Source of the DNA: a virus
Virus record (IMG/VR): IMGVR_UViG_3300025859_001166
Coordinates: 1-34,082 of that record
Strand: one strand, 5' to 3'
Length of the DNA stretch: 34,082 bases
The position numbers and the translations under genes are program-made. Positions 1-8,935 of the stretch are shown in pieces (the first letter of the stretch is position 1; the number at the start of each line of letters is the position of its first letter). The notes under the pieces are model-generated. The model had not been told where the DNA came from and searched no databases. It was given only the letters and a program-made list of their open reading frames with translations.

Positions 1-444
1 TTAGATTACAGAATCATTTGTTCGATGATGATTTTTCTTGGCGTAATTTTTAAATTCGTCAATTAAAATATATATGGCGGCTAAAATTAAACTTACTGCA
101 AAAATTTCCATAGAAGCTATAAAAAGTATAAAAAAGGTATTTGTTACAGTTAACATTGAGATTATGGATAAAAAAATTATTATGAAAATAAATGTACTCA
201 CCGAAGAATATGACACATATAACTCTGACGCATCATAAAAGCGTATTTCTCTGTTACCTATAATACCAATACTTACTAATATTAGACCAAATAAAGCACA
301 GTTACTCTGGATAATAGCGGATAAAAAGTATAGTTTAACATTATTGTCAATGGAAAGAAAATTCCGCAACAAAAAATAACCTGCAATAGATAGTATTACA
401 GAAAAAAAGATGCACGCACATACTTCTTTTAGATATCTTTTCAT
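1..444 (-). CDS. Integral membrane protein, about 4 TM helices, function unknown
   Basis: 147 aa with four long hydrophobic stretches; AT-rich. Confidence 0.7.
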   Translation of the reverse strand: MKRYLKEVCACIFFSVILSIAGYFLLRNFLSIDNNVKLYFLSAIIQSNCALFGLILVSIGIIGNREIRFYDASELYVSYSSVSTFIFIIIFLSIISMLTVTNTFFILFIASMEIFAVSLILAAIYILIDEFKNYAKKNHHRTNDSVI

Positions 445-517
445 GCAAGTTTTATACTCCGACAGTATTTATATTTTTCCTTAAAAATTATATATCAAAG
501 CTAATAGAAAATATTTT

Positions 518-1321
518 CTAAATTATATGCCCATAGTTTGAGGGGACATCATCAAAGTTTTTCCATTCGTACCAATGTGAGAGATTCAAAATATTTGCCC
601 AGTCGTTGATTCTTTTTAGATCGCCGTCAAAGTTGTTTCCATATTTTCCCATAATCTCAATGAGCGATCTGCCTTTATTCTCAAATTCAAAATTATCATA
701 AATTGAGTCAAAATCAAATTTTGTCTTTTTTGCCAGCACATTGAAATAGGCATAGTTCATGGAATGAGAGGCCTCATAGATCTTTGATGGCGTTATTGCC
801 CTAACGTCCTTGTTCAACCCCCCTAAAGCTTCCTGCAGCTGGGATTGAAACGATATCTTCTGGAATTCTCTTAATCCCGGATATCTATTATATAACCACT
901 CTTCGATTTTTAGATCAACAGGTTGATTGGTAAGTTGCATTACCAATCCTTTGAAGAGCATTTCAATCAATTGATTAAGTTTTGCTTTGTGAATTATTTT
1001 AGATATATTTTCAATATCCTCGCTGCTATCTTCCAAAGCATATTCAAAATTCTTAGATGAAAAATAAGGGATGAGCCTCTCAGATGGCGCTGCTTCATAA
1101 ATCCTTATGATGTGGCCGCATTCATGGGCTATAATGTGATTGATGCTTTGACTTGCGCCTTCTTTGTAGTATACTATATGATTCTCCATATCATTTCTGG
1201 CAATCTTTAGCTTTGCATGGGAGGTAATTTTACTGTTAGGTATGAATTTGAATTTCTTCTTTGTCAGTTCCTCTACATTTTTTAGGATCTCTCTTGTTTC
1301 AGGTATAAGTTCTAGTTCCAT
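518..1321 (-). CDS. HExxH-motif (zincin-like) putative metallopeptidase
   Basis: IIAHECGHII motif in a 267-aa ORF. Confidence 0.55.
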   Translation of the reverse strand: MELELIPETREILKNVEELTKKKFKFIPNSKITSHAKLKIARNDMENHIVYYKEGASQSINHIIAHECGHIIRIYEAAPSERLIPYFSSKNFEYALEDSSEDIENISKIIHKAKLNQLIEMLFKGLVMQLTNQPVDLKIEEWLYNRYPGLREFQKISFQSQLQEALGGLNKDVRAITPSKIYEASHSMNYAYFNVLAKKTKFDFDSIYDNFEFENKGRSLIEIMGKYGNNFDGDLKRINDWANILNLSHWYEWKNFDDVPSNYGHII

Positions 1322-1439
1322 GCAATCAGGCCTTTAAACTCCAATAATGCAATCCCTATGTTTTTATTTCTTTTAAGCTTATTTAAGGAAAGGATGGACA
1401 ATTCATATAAACTCTTTACCCAGTCTAAATACTCTTTGA

Positions 1440-4214
1440 TTGTCTTTTCTCGCAAAAATTAATCCTTATGGAACTGCCATTTCTGGCCTTAAAAACAAGA
1501 TAGCATTCTTGGAGAAGGAGCTCTCGATTGTTTCCCAAGATGGAACTCTTTACATAAAAGATGTTTCAGAGCCTAAGTTCCCATCAATATCAAAGGAGAA
1601 GATACTGAAATACTGCGATCACTCGCCACTAGTACAGCCGATTCACAATGCAATCATAAGGGAAGTCACAAACGCTGGATGGTCCATCAAGCCCCTTTTC
1701 AATTCTAAATGCGGCAAATGCAGTCAGACCTATGACAGAACGCCAGAAAATGGCAGATGTGACTGCGGTGGACCAATTTTAAGGCCAGATCTAGAGCAAA
1801 GGAAAAAGCTTGAAACATTCATAGACAATCCGCATCCTGACATAGATCTTTATTCAATCATAAGATCAGCCCTGAAATGGGTGCTCTCTGTAGATGACTA
1901 TTACCTCTCCCTTTCATACATAAGGCAGAACGACAAGGGAAAGTTCTTTATAATGGACGAGCCCCAGGCGCTCTACGTTGAAAATCCTCTTTTAATTGGC
2001 AAAATAAAGCGTGGCGATTCTGACTGGTCATACTTCTGTCCCATCTGCAATCTGCTTGAAGAAGAGTTCTTATCGGACTCAAAGGGAAAGTGCCCCAAGC
2101 ACAGGATGGAGCTATGGGAGACTGCATACGTCCTTTATTCAGGAAGCAGGATAAGACGGCGCTATTCCAAAAAAGAGATAATAGAGGGCCACTTCAATAG
2201 AAGATTGCCGGACGACTACGGCACACCGATAATCCAGGCATGCATAAATCAGATCGAAGCGGCCCTAAATCTGGATCTTCTGAACCGTGACACATTTGAG
2301 AAAGGGACGCTTGCTAAGATATTCGCCTTCGAGGGTTACACCCAGGATGAAGTTGCCTCTTTAGAGCAGTCCATATCCTCAATGGCTGAGAAGAGGAAAA
2401 GCCTCGGCTCAAAACTATTCAATCTGTTCCTGGGAAACTCAAAAGGGAAGATCGAAGTCCATGACGTCCTTTCAGATCCATCAAAGCTTCAGGCTCTGGA
2501 ATGGCACCGCTACTACCGTGACATGCTCCTGTCAAACTACGGGGTGACGCCAGTCTTTGCAGGCACAGTTGAGAGCGGAAAGGCTGGTAACAATCCGATG
2601 CTGCAGATCGACGTGATGGCGAACACCACAAAGGCCTGGATGAGAACTATCTCTGAGCCGCTGAACACCGTCCTGCTTCAATCGCTTGGCATAACGGACT
2701 GGTACTTTGACTTTGAGGAGATAGAGCGGGAAGACAAGAAAGAATCCGCTTTTGTCCAAAAGCTAAAGGCTGAGACAATCGCCATCTACAGAAATTCTGG
2801 CTATGAAGTAGAGATTACTGATGACGGTATAATCAGTCCGATCCTAAAACAAAAATCACAATCAAAAAAGACAGAGATTGAAAAACAGAAAGAGCCGCAA
2901 GATTTCTTGTTTGATGATCTTTCAAATGGCCTTCTTGATATTTCAAAAGATTATGAGAATGATCTATTTCAAAAACTGGAAAACTATGGCAATGATAAGG
3001 CCAAAATCGTTTGTGAGATAATATCAGTCGCATCAAAAAATCTTGATACAGAGCTTAAGAATCATATTCATCATATTTTTAATCAAGGATATCTAACAAC
3101 GTTTTCCAATTATTCCAAGATACTTTCCAAAGAAGACCTGAATCCTTTCATCTTGAAATACTTAAAAGAATACTTTGAGAGCTACGTCTCGCCTTTCTTT
3201 GAGAAATGGGGGGAGCGGGAAAAGGAGAACATTTTCAGGATCATCGAAGAAGAGATACTAAAAGGCTACAACTGGCAGACTGTCAAGAAAAGACTCTCTG
3301 AAGAGTATTTTGGGAGAAGGGATTCATACTACTGGCAGATGGTGGCGAGAACTGAAGGGACGAGGACCTTCAACTTTGCATCAGAGCGGGCCGCAAGAGA
3401 CCTTGGGGCCACAGAGAAGAGATTGATTTTTACCGATGATGGCCTTGCATGCATAAGCTGCGTCCAGGCGTCAAAAGAAGGCTGGATAAGCATTGATTCT
3501 GAGACATCCTACGGCAATCCGCCTTTGCACCCGAACTGCAGGTGCTACTATGAGTTTAGGATAGGGCCAATCACTAGAAAGTGGGATGACGTTCCCGCTG
3601 AGAAGAGAAAGGACTTTACAGAGGAGATGCATGGCGCCCTTTGGGAATACTCTTCCACTTCCTACTACATAAACACCATCTTAAGATACCCGAAGGATTA
3701 CGCAAAAAAGATTACCTACCAGCTCCAGATCGAGCGTGCAAAAAAAGCCATAGAGATCCTGAAGAAAATATTCGGCCTAAATGACAGCATAATAACAGAA
3801 GACACAATCCTCTGGCGTGGCCTTGACGAGTGGATAATAGAGAAGATGAGGCTCTCATCTGAAGACCCGGAATATAGGGACATCCTGATGGATCCGGGCT
3901 TTTCAAGCACAAGCAAGAAGAAGAACATTGCAATTGCATTTGGATTGAAGCATGACGAGTCAAACGTCACAATCCTAAAGATTCACGTCCCCAGGGGCAC
4001 AAGGGCGATATACATCGGGGACTCATACGATTACAAGCAGGAAGAGGTCCTTCTGAAGAACGGCTCAATGTATCACATAAGGAACATTGAGGAGAGGCCG
4101 CCGACATCTGATGAGCTTGAAATAATCTACAGCGAGCTCGGATTGGATGAGGAAACTGCAGGAAGGATAAAGATAAAAATATATGATGTTGATTATATAG
4201 GGTGCTACGAATGA
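1440..4214 (+). CDS. Portal protein fused to a MuF (SPP1 gp7-like) domain and a C-terminal ADP-ribosyltransferase domain
   Basis: N-terminal ~470 aa resemble an HK97-type portal (YGTPII, YGVTPVFAG; first gene of the head operon). MuF motifs VARTEGTR, CISC and PPLHPNCRC. ART motifs LWRGL (R793), FSSTS (822-825) and QEEVLL (Q867/E869). TTG start. Confidence 0.85.
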   Translation: MSFLAKINPYGTAISGLKNKIAFLEKELSIVSQDGTLYIKDVSEPKFPSISKEKILKYCDHSPLVQPIHNAIIREVTNAGWSIKPLFNSKCGKCSQTYDRTPENGRCDCGGPILRPDLEQRKKLETFIDNPHPDIDLYSIIRSALKWVLSVDDYYLSLSYIRQNDKGKFFIMDEPQALYVENPLLIGKIKRGDSDWSYFCPICNLLEEEFLSDSKGKCPKHRMELWETAYVLYSGSRIRRRYSKKEIIEGHFNRRLPDDYGTPIIQACINQIEAALNLDLLNRDTFEKGTLAKIFAFEGYTQDEVASLEQSISSMAEKRKSLGSKLFNLFLGNSKGKIEVHDVLSDPSKLQALEWHRYYRDMLLSNYGVTPVFAGTVESGKAGNNPMLQIDVMANTTKAWMRTISEPLNTVLLQSLGITDWYFDFEEIEREDKKESAFVQKLKAETIAIYRNSGYEVEITDDGIISPILKQKSQSKKTEIEKQKEPQDFLFDDLSNGLLDISKDYENDLFQKLENYGNDKAKIVCEIISVASKNLDTELKNHIHHIFNQGYLTTFSNYSKILSKEDLNPFILKYLKEYFESYVSPFFEKWGEREKENIFRIIEEEILKGYNWQTVKKRLSEEYFGRRDSYYWQMVARTEGTRTFNFASERAARDLGATEKRLIFTDDGLACISCVQASKEGWISIDSETSYGNPPLHPNCRCYYEFRIGPITRKWDDVPAEKRKDFTEEMHGALWEYSSTSYYINTILRYPKDYAKKITYQLQIERAKKAIEILKKIFGLNDSIITEDTILWRGLDEWIIEKMRLSSEDPEYRDILMDPGFSSTSKKKNIAIAFGLKHDESNVTILKIHVPRGTRAIYIGDSYDYKQEEVLLKNGSMYHIRNIEERPPTSDELEIIYSELGLDEETAGRIKIKIYDVDYIGCYE

Positions 4215-4444
4215 TAAGGCAGGAAGATTTGAGATTTGTCATGGGGGAGGGGGTGCATGTCGGGAATCTATGCTCGATGTGCGCTCATTTCTTGAAGAAC
4301 AGGAGATGCGAGGCATTCCCCGAGGGCATACCCCCTGAAGTTTATTCCATGAAAGTGTTTCACAACAAAGAGTACCCAGGCGACAACGGCATTGTGTTCA
4401 AGCCGCTGCCTGAATTTGACACATCGCATGTAACGGATCTATGA
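4211..4444 (+). CDS. Small Cys/His-rich protein (CxxCxH...CxAFPxGIP...H...GDNGIxF); candidate immunity protein for the ART
   Basis: ATG at 4211 overlaps the ART stop (ATGA), and its own stop overlaps the next ATG. The immunity role is inferred from position only. Confidence 0.65.
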   Translation: MIRQEDLRFVMGEGVHVGNLCSMCAHFLKNRRCEAFPEGIPPEVYSMKVFHNKEYPGDNGIVFKPLPEFDTSHVTDL

Positions 4445-4812
4445 TATCGTTTGAGATTGACATCAAAGGCGAACCATTTAAATCAATTCTAAAAAAGGCC
4501 CCGTCAGAGCTAAGCCGGATTGTTTTTGGCGAAATATCTAACTGGGCGCTTAGAACATCAAATCTTGCAAAGTCAAGATCTCCTGTAAGAACGGGAAATC
4601 TGAGGCAATCCATAACGCCGGCAAGAACATCTGATTCTGCAAGTGTTTCTGCCCTCGTGATGTATGCAAAGTTTGTCGAGCCGCCTCCTTTGGGAGTGCC
4701 CATGAAGCGGAAGATGACCCGAACGATGTTTCTATACAACTCCGCCATGGAGGAGCTTGACATAACTGTTTCTAGAATCAGTCAGAGAATCAAAGAATTG
4801 TTTGAAGTTTAA
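4441..4812 (+). CDS. HK97 gp10-like neck/tail-completion protein
   Basis: AKSRSPVRTGNLRQSI matches the gp10-family A-P-V-x-T-G-x-L-R-x-S-I motif; YAKFVE follows. Confidence 0.7.
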   Translation: MISFEIDIKGEPFKSILKKAPSELSRIVFGEISNWALRTSNLAKSRSPVRTGNLRQSITPARTSDSASVSALVMYAKFVEPPPLGVPMKRKMTRTMFLYNSAMEELDITVSRISQRIKELFEV

Positions 4813-4816
4813 GATC

Positions 4817-5671
4817 ATGGAAGACTCATTCAGATTTCAGGGCGAGTTCTTCAAGGTGAAGGGCGAGGAGGACTTCTTCATATTCGGCCCGGCATCTGCA
4901 GAGATGCTGGACAGCCAAGGGGACGTCATAAGGATTGACGCCGTGAAGAAGGCCTTGCCAGAGCTTTTGAAGCGTGCAAGGGTCACCGTCGACCACAAGG
5001 ACCAGATAGTAGGCGAAATTGTCGAGTCCTTTGAGAAAAAAGGCCTTATCTACAAGACAGAGGTAAGGCCGCCAAACGACGATGAGCTTTCAAAATTTTC
5101 TAGCCTTGAAAAAGAAAAGGAAGCCCTGTTCGTCCTGGCAAAGGTCTGGGACGACACGGAGTACTGCAGGGAGGTCAGAGCCGCCATAGAGAAGGGCGAC
5201 TATAGGTCTTATTCCATTTCTGGTAACGTCCTAAACTCTAGGCCCTGCAAATCAAGCGAAGGCTGCACAAGGATAGTATCTGACCTAAATCTATCTGCTG
5301 TGACAATCTGCCGCTCCGGGGCAAACCCAGCGGCGCAGTTTGACATCTTAAAAGAGGAAAAAGAGATGCCGGAAGAAGTTACAAATGCTGAGGAGAAGGG
5401 GCCTGAGTTTCTCACCCGCTCCGACTTTGAGGCGTATAGGAACGACCTTGAAAAGAGGCTTGAGCCCCTTTCAAGAATAGATGAGATCCTTGGTATTCTT
5501 AAGGCCAAGGAGAACGACACTGGCCCTAAATTAAAACTTGAAAAAATCAGGGAGGAGATAAAGAAGGAGATCCTCTCGGAGTTCAGGCCGGTGCAGAAGT
5601 CAGAGGGCGTTTCTCAAAAGGAAATCTCAACTGACGACATAGTATCAATGCTATCTGAGAAGAGGATCTAA
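4817..5671 (+). CDS. Prohead (capsid maturation) protease with C-terminal charged scaffold-like tail
   Basis: LDSQGDVI, VTVDH and YRSYSISG motifs; directly upstream of the capsid gene. ATG 4817 preferred; in-frame TTG at 4802. Confidence 0.8.
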   Translation: MEDSFRFQGEFFKVKGEEDFFIFGPASAEMLDSQGDVIRIDAVKKALPELLKRARVTVDHKDQIVGEIVESFEKKGLIYKTEVRPPNDDELSKFSSLEKEKEALFVLAKVWDDTEYCREVRAAIEKGDYRSYSISGNVLNSRPCKSSEGCTRIVSDLNLSAVTICRSGANPAAQFDILKEEKEMPEEVTNAEEKGPEFLTRSDFEAYRNDLEKRLEPLSRIDEILGILKAKENDTGPKLKLEKIREEIKKEILSEFRPVQKSEGVSQKEISTDDIVSMLSEKRI

Positions 5672-6843
5672 TGACAGCTCCATTTTTCAAAAGCTACGAG
5701 GACATGCTGGACTACTACTACTGGCAGCCGCTGAAGCAATCAGGGGTCGATCCAAAGGTATTCCAGAAGTATAACAGGGCAAGCGACATCGCAGAGGAGA
5801 TAGATCTTTCAAAGTCTGATGCTCCCGTATTGACATCAACAACAGGTGTAAAGAACGTCCTTTTCGGGGCAACGCTTTACTCCCAAATCGTGACAGAGTC
5901 AAACGCATTTGCGCTCCTCCCAAAGAGGCCTTGGTCAAAGTCAGGTTACAGGGCGCTAACTGCCGCAGGCCTAACGACTGGCGGCCATGTAACAGAGGAC
6001 GGCTCAATCCCAGAGACAAAGAAGCCGACATTTGCAGAGATAACTGTGACACCGCATACCGTTGCTAGGGCCACAAACATCTCAGAGATGGAGAGGCTTC
6101 TAGAGCAGAAGGACGACACGATAAAGTGGGCGGATGTTGTTTCATACACTGCAGATGAGTTCAGGAACACTTTGAACAGGAACATATTGGCAGATGCGGA
6201 CGGCGCTGCAACTGACGGTAGCATAATAACACCGCTTGACAGGATCATCTCATCCTATTCTGAAGTTTCTGAAACTGAGCTCACTACAAACGAGGGGGAT
6301 GTCTACGGCCTTGACAGGGATGCTGCTGCAAGCTGGACAGATGCCAATGTTTCGCATGGTGGATCATCCGGCACTGAGACGGACAGGACTCTCACACTTT
6401 CCATGATAGATGATGTCATAGCAGAGTGTGAGCCCTACTGGGACGGCGGGGGCAGGAAGAATAAGGCCATATTGACAGGTTACGATACCGCAAAGCGTAT
6501 AGCCCAGCTTGAAAGGCCAAAAGAGGTCTACACACCTGACGCCTACATAGAGTTCACTGTGAACGGGATAAAGGTCAGGGGAAAGGAGGCAGGAATACCC
6601 GTTGCTACTTTTGACGGAATCCCGATTTTAAGGAGCAACAATGTCCCCAAGGATACCATATCAAGAGTTTACATCCTGGACCTTGACCACATCTCACTTG
6701 AAATGCTAAAACCCATAACATATGTCGAGACATCTGATCCATTCATCCAGGACAAGTTCGGGACAGAAGGAGTCTTTTCATGGATAGGCGAGATCTGGTG
6801 CGACCGCTTCAAAGCCCAGGGAAAGATCAGGGGTCTGAAATAG
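5671..6843 (+). CDS. Major capsid protein (HK97 fold)
   Basis: 390 aa after the protease; GHVTEDGSIPETKKPTFAEITV and FDGIPILRSNNVPK are typical HK97-type capsid segments. Confidence 0.85.
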   Translation: MTAPFFKSYEDMLDYYYWQPLKQSGVDPKVFQKYNRASDIAEEIDLSKSDAPVLTSTTGVKNVLFGATLYSQIVTESNAFALLPKRPWSKSGYRALTAAGLTTGGHVTEDGSIPETKKPTFAEITVTPHTVARATNISEMERLLEQKDDTIKWADVVSYTADEFRNTLNRNILADADGAATDGSIITPLDRIISSYSEVSETELTTNEGDVYGLDRDAAASWTDANVSHGGSSGTETDRTLTLSMIDDVIAECEPYWDGGGRKNKAILTGYDTAKRIAQLERPKEVYTPDAYIEFTVNGIKVRGKEAGIPVATFDGIPILRSNNVPKDTISRVYILDLDHISLEMLKPITYVETSDPFIQDKFGTEGVFSWIGEIWCDRFKAQGKIRGLK

Positions 6844-6847
6844 GCCC

Positions 6848-6859
6848 TATTTTTATTTT
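6848..6859 (+). terminator. Oligo-T tract after the capsid gene (possible partial archaeal terminator)
   Basis: TATTTTTATTTT immediately after the stop codon. Confidence 0.4.
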
Positions 6860-6870
6860 AGGTGATCAAC

Positions 6871-7074
6871 ATGGCAAAAGTTAGATACGATGGGCCCGAG
6901 ACATACTACACCTTCCAAGGCTCAACTGGCATAGTCTACCAGTTCACCGGGAGGGACAAGGTCTCAGAGGTAAGGATCCCAGAAGACATAGAGATGCTAA
7001 AGGGAAAGGGCGGATTCACAGTGATAGAGGGCATCGAGCTTGGCAATATCAAGAATGACAAGAAGGTGAAGTGA
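6871..7074 (+). CDS. Small virion-associated protein, unknown
   Basis: GGTGA RBS at 6861-6865 before ATG 6871; position after the capsid gene. Confidence 0.7.
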   Translation: MAKVRYDGPETYYTFQGSTGIVYQFTGRDKVSEVRIPEDIEMLKGKGGFTVIEGIELGNIKNDKKVK

Positions 7075-7340
7075 TGGCATTTTCAAGCGAGATAAAGGGA
7101 TACGGAAAGAGCGGGGACAAGGCAACTACATGGGGGACTTTCACAAACGGTATTTCTGACACAGGTGGCGACATAAATACAGGCCTTGTCATATGCGAGT
7201 CTCTATCCCTTGAGTTCACAGGCTCTGCCGTAGTGGCTGATGCTGCCGCAATAAATGAGTCGTTTCCATGCAGCGGCAGTGCAGTGACCGTAGTTACAAC
7301 TGCAAACGCTGACGGAATATGGCGGGCCGTTGGCTACTGA
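7074..7340 (+). CDS. Putative capsid decoration/cement protein
   Basis: 88-aa Gly/Thr/Ala-rich beta-type protein in the head module; overlaps the previous stop codon. Confidence 0.5.
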   Translation: MAFSSEIKGYGKSGDKATTWGTFTNGISDTGGDINTGLVICESLSLEFTGSAVVADAAAINESFPCSGSAVTVVTTANADGIWRAVGY

Positions 7341-7350
7341 AGGTGGTTCA

Positions 7351-7581
7351 ATGGAACCCGCCGATCACGACATCCTGATAGAGATAAAGACTGACCTCTC
7401 GTGGATAAAGAAGAAGCTAAACGACCAGTGCGAGTCATACAAGGACCACGAGGAGAGGTTAAGCTCTCTTGAGACCTGGCAGGACAGGGCTGCTGGAGCA
7501 ATAACCATAGTTGAATTTGCAGTAGGCGGCGGGATAATCTTCTCAATAATTTCAATACTGTTGTGGCTTGCGGGGCCCTAA
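7351..7581 (+). CDS. Coiled-coil plus C-terminal TM protein (XhlA-like / holin candidate)
   Basis: Heptad-like DHEERLSSLE followed by hydrophobic AITIVEFAVGGGIIFSIISILLWLAG. Confidence 0.5.
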   Translation: MEPADHDILIEIKTDLSWIKKKLNDQCESYKDHEERLSSLETWQDRAAGAITIVEFAVGGGIIFSIISILLWLAGP

Positions 7582-7583
7582 AA

Positions 7584-8483
7584 ATGGATGCGCTTTCGAT
7601 TGGATATGCCGGAGAATCTGATGCAGCCCTTTGGATTGAGAGCTCAACTCTCACTTTGAGCCTTGATACCGATACAGAGTTTGATCTGGCCGACAGCACT
7701 TTGGAAGATCTAGTTCTGGCCCTAAATTTGGTGGAGGATGTGACTGCAGTCTTGATTGCAGATGGGGATATCGAAGCATCAGAGCTAAACGAGATATCAA
7801 GCGAATACCCTGCAGACATAAAGTCCAGGCCCTATTTTTTAGGCCACGGGAACTATTCATCCCCTAAGAAAATATCTGAAGTTTCCCATAAGGACGCTCA
7901 GGAGATAAGAAACTCTTGGCTTGACGAGGCCGATGCATTGATAGAATCGCTGACTGGCCTTAATTTTAGGGCCAGATCATTAGAGGACATCTCAATTGAC
8001 ATAAGGGCAAGAGACATTTTTTCTACAGAAGATTACGGAGAATACCGCCGTGCAAACGGCCTTTATCTCAGGCAATACGCCCCCATAACTTCAATTGAAG
8101 CACTCGAAATAGACGGGGTATCTGTAACGCCATCAAAAATCATAGTGGATTACGACAGGCTGATACTAGGTAGCGATGCTGAAGCCCCATCATGGCCAAT
8201 CGGAAAATCCAAGGCCGATATATCCCTAACATATGGCTATGCAAAAGGCTCAAGGGAATCAGTACTGGCATCAGAGTTTGCAACGCTCCACACCTGCAAC
8301 ATCTTGTTTGAGTCTGACCTAAGGCTGAGGCAGAAGGCAGGCGCCACAAAGATAACTCACGCATCAGTCGTCTTTGAAAATGACACAATCCCAGAAGAGG
8401 CCATCTCTAGAAAGGAAATTGAGCTCAGGATGAAGCTAATCTTAGAGCATCTTCCAAAGAAATTGAGGGGCGTGTTAGGGTGA
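7584..8483 (+). CDS. Head-tail adaptor/connector protein
   Basis: Position in operon; LRQYAPITSIEALEIDG and ADISLTYGY resemble gp6/gp15-type adaptors. Confidence 0.65.
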   Translation: MDALSIGYAGESDAALWIESSTLTLSLDTDTEFDLADSTLEDLVLALNLVEDVTAVLIADGDIEASELNEISSEYPADIKSRPYFLGHGNYSSPKKISEVSHKDAQEIRNSWLDEADALIESLTGLNFRARSLEDISIDIRARDIFSTEDYGEYRRANGLYLRQYAPITSIEALEIDGVSVTPSKIIVDYDRLILGSDAEAPSWPIGKSKADISLTYGYAKGSRESVLASEFATLHTCNILFESDLRLRQKAGATKITHASVVFENDTIPEEAISRKEIELRMKLILEHLPKKLRGVLG

Positions 8484-8926
8484 GCTTTGAACCAATCTCA
8501 TTTCTCGCAAACGTTGAAAGAATCTTCAGCGCCGCCACTGGACTTTCTGATGTAAAGACATGGACAAGACCTACAAAGATCACAACTTCCTTTGAGACTC
8601 CAGAAGTTTCAATCGAGATGATCGCCGGAAACATTGATTCCGTATCGCTATCATACCCCAACAGGCAGATTGAGTTTTACGTTCGCTTTGTGATCTTTGA
8701 AGAGCAGACATCTAGCGCATCTAAGATTGGGGCAATCTATTCTGGGATAATTGATGCGGTGAGAAGCAATCCAGACCTAAAAACAAAATCCGGGTCTGCA
8801 ACATGCGATTATTTTGGAACTTTTTATGGCAGAAACATCAGCTTTGATCTGGCCGCAACTGAAAGAAACGGTGTTTCTGTGAACGCAATGAAAATTGACG
8901 TACCTTGTCTGGTACGTGACACATAG
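8480..8926 (+). CDS. Tail terminator / tail-completion protein
   Basis: 148 aa immediately before the tail tube gene; GTG start overlaps the previous stop. Confidence 0.55.
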   Translation: MSFEPISFLANVERIFSAATGLSDVKTWTRPTKITTSFETPEVSIEMIAGNIDSVSLSYPNRQIEFYVRFVIFEEQTSSASKIGAIYSGIIDAVRSNPDLKTKSGSATCDYFGTFYGRNISFDLAATERNGVSVNAMKIDVPCLVRDT

Positions 8927-8935
8927 GCGAGAATC

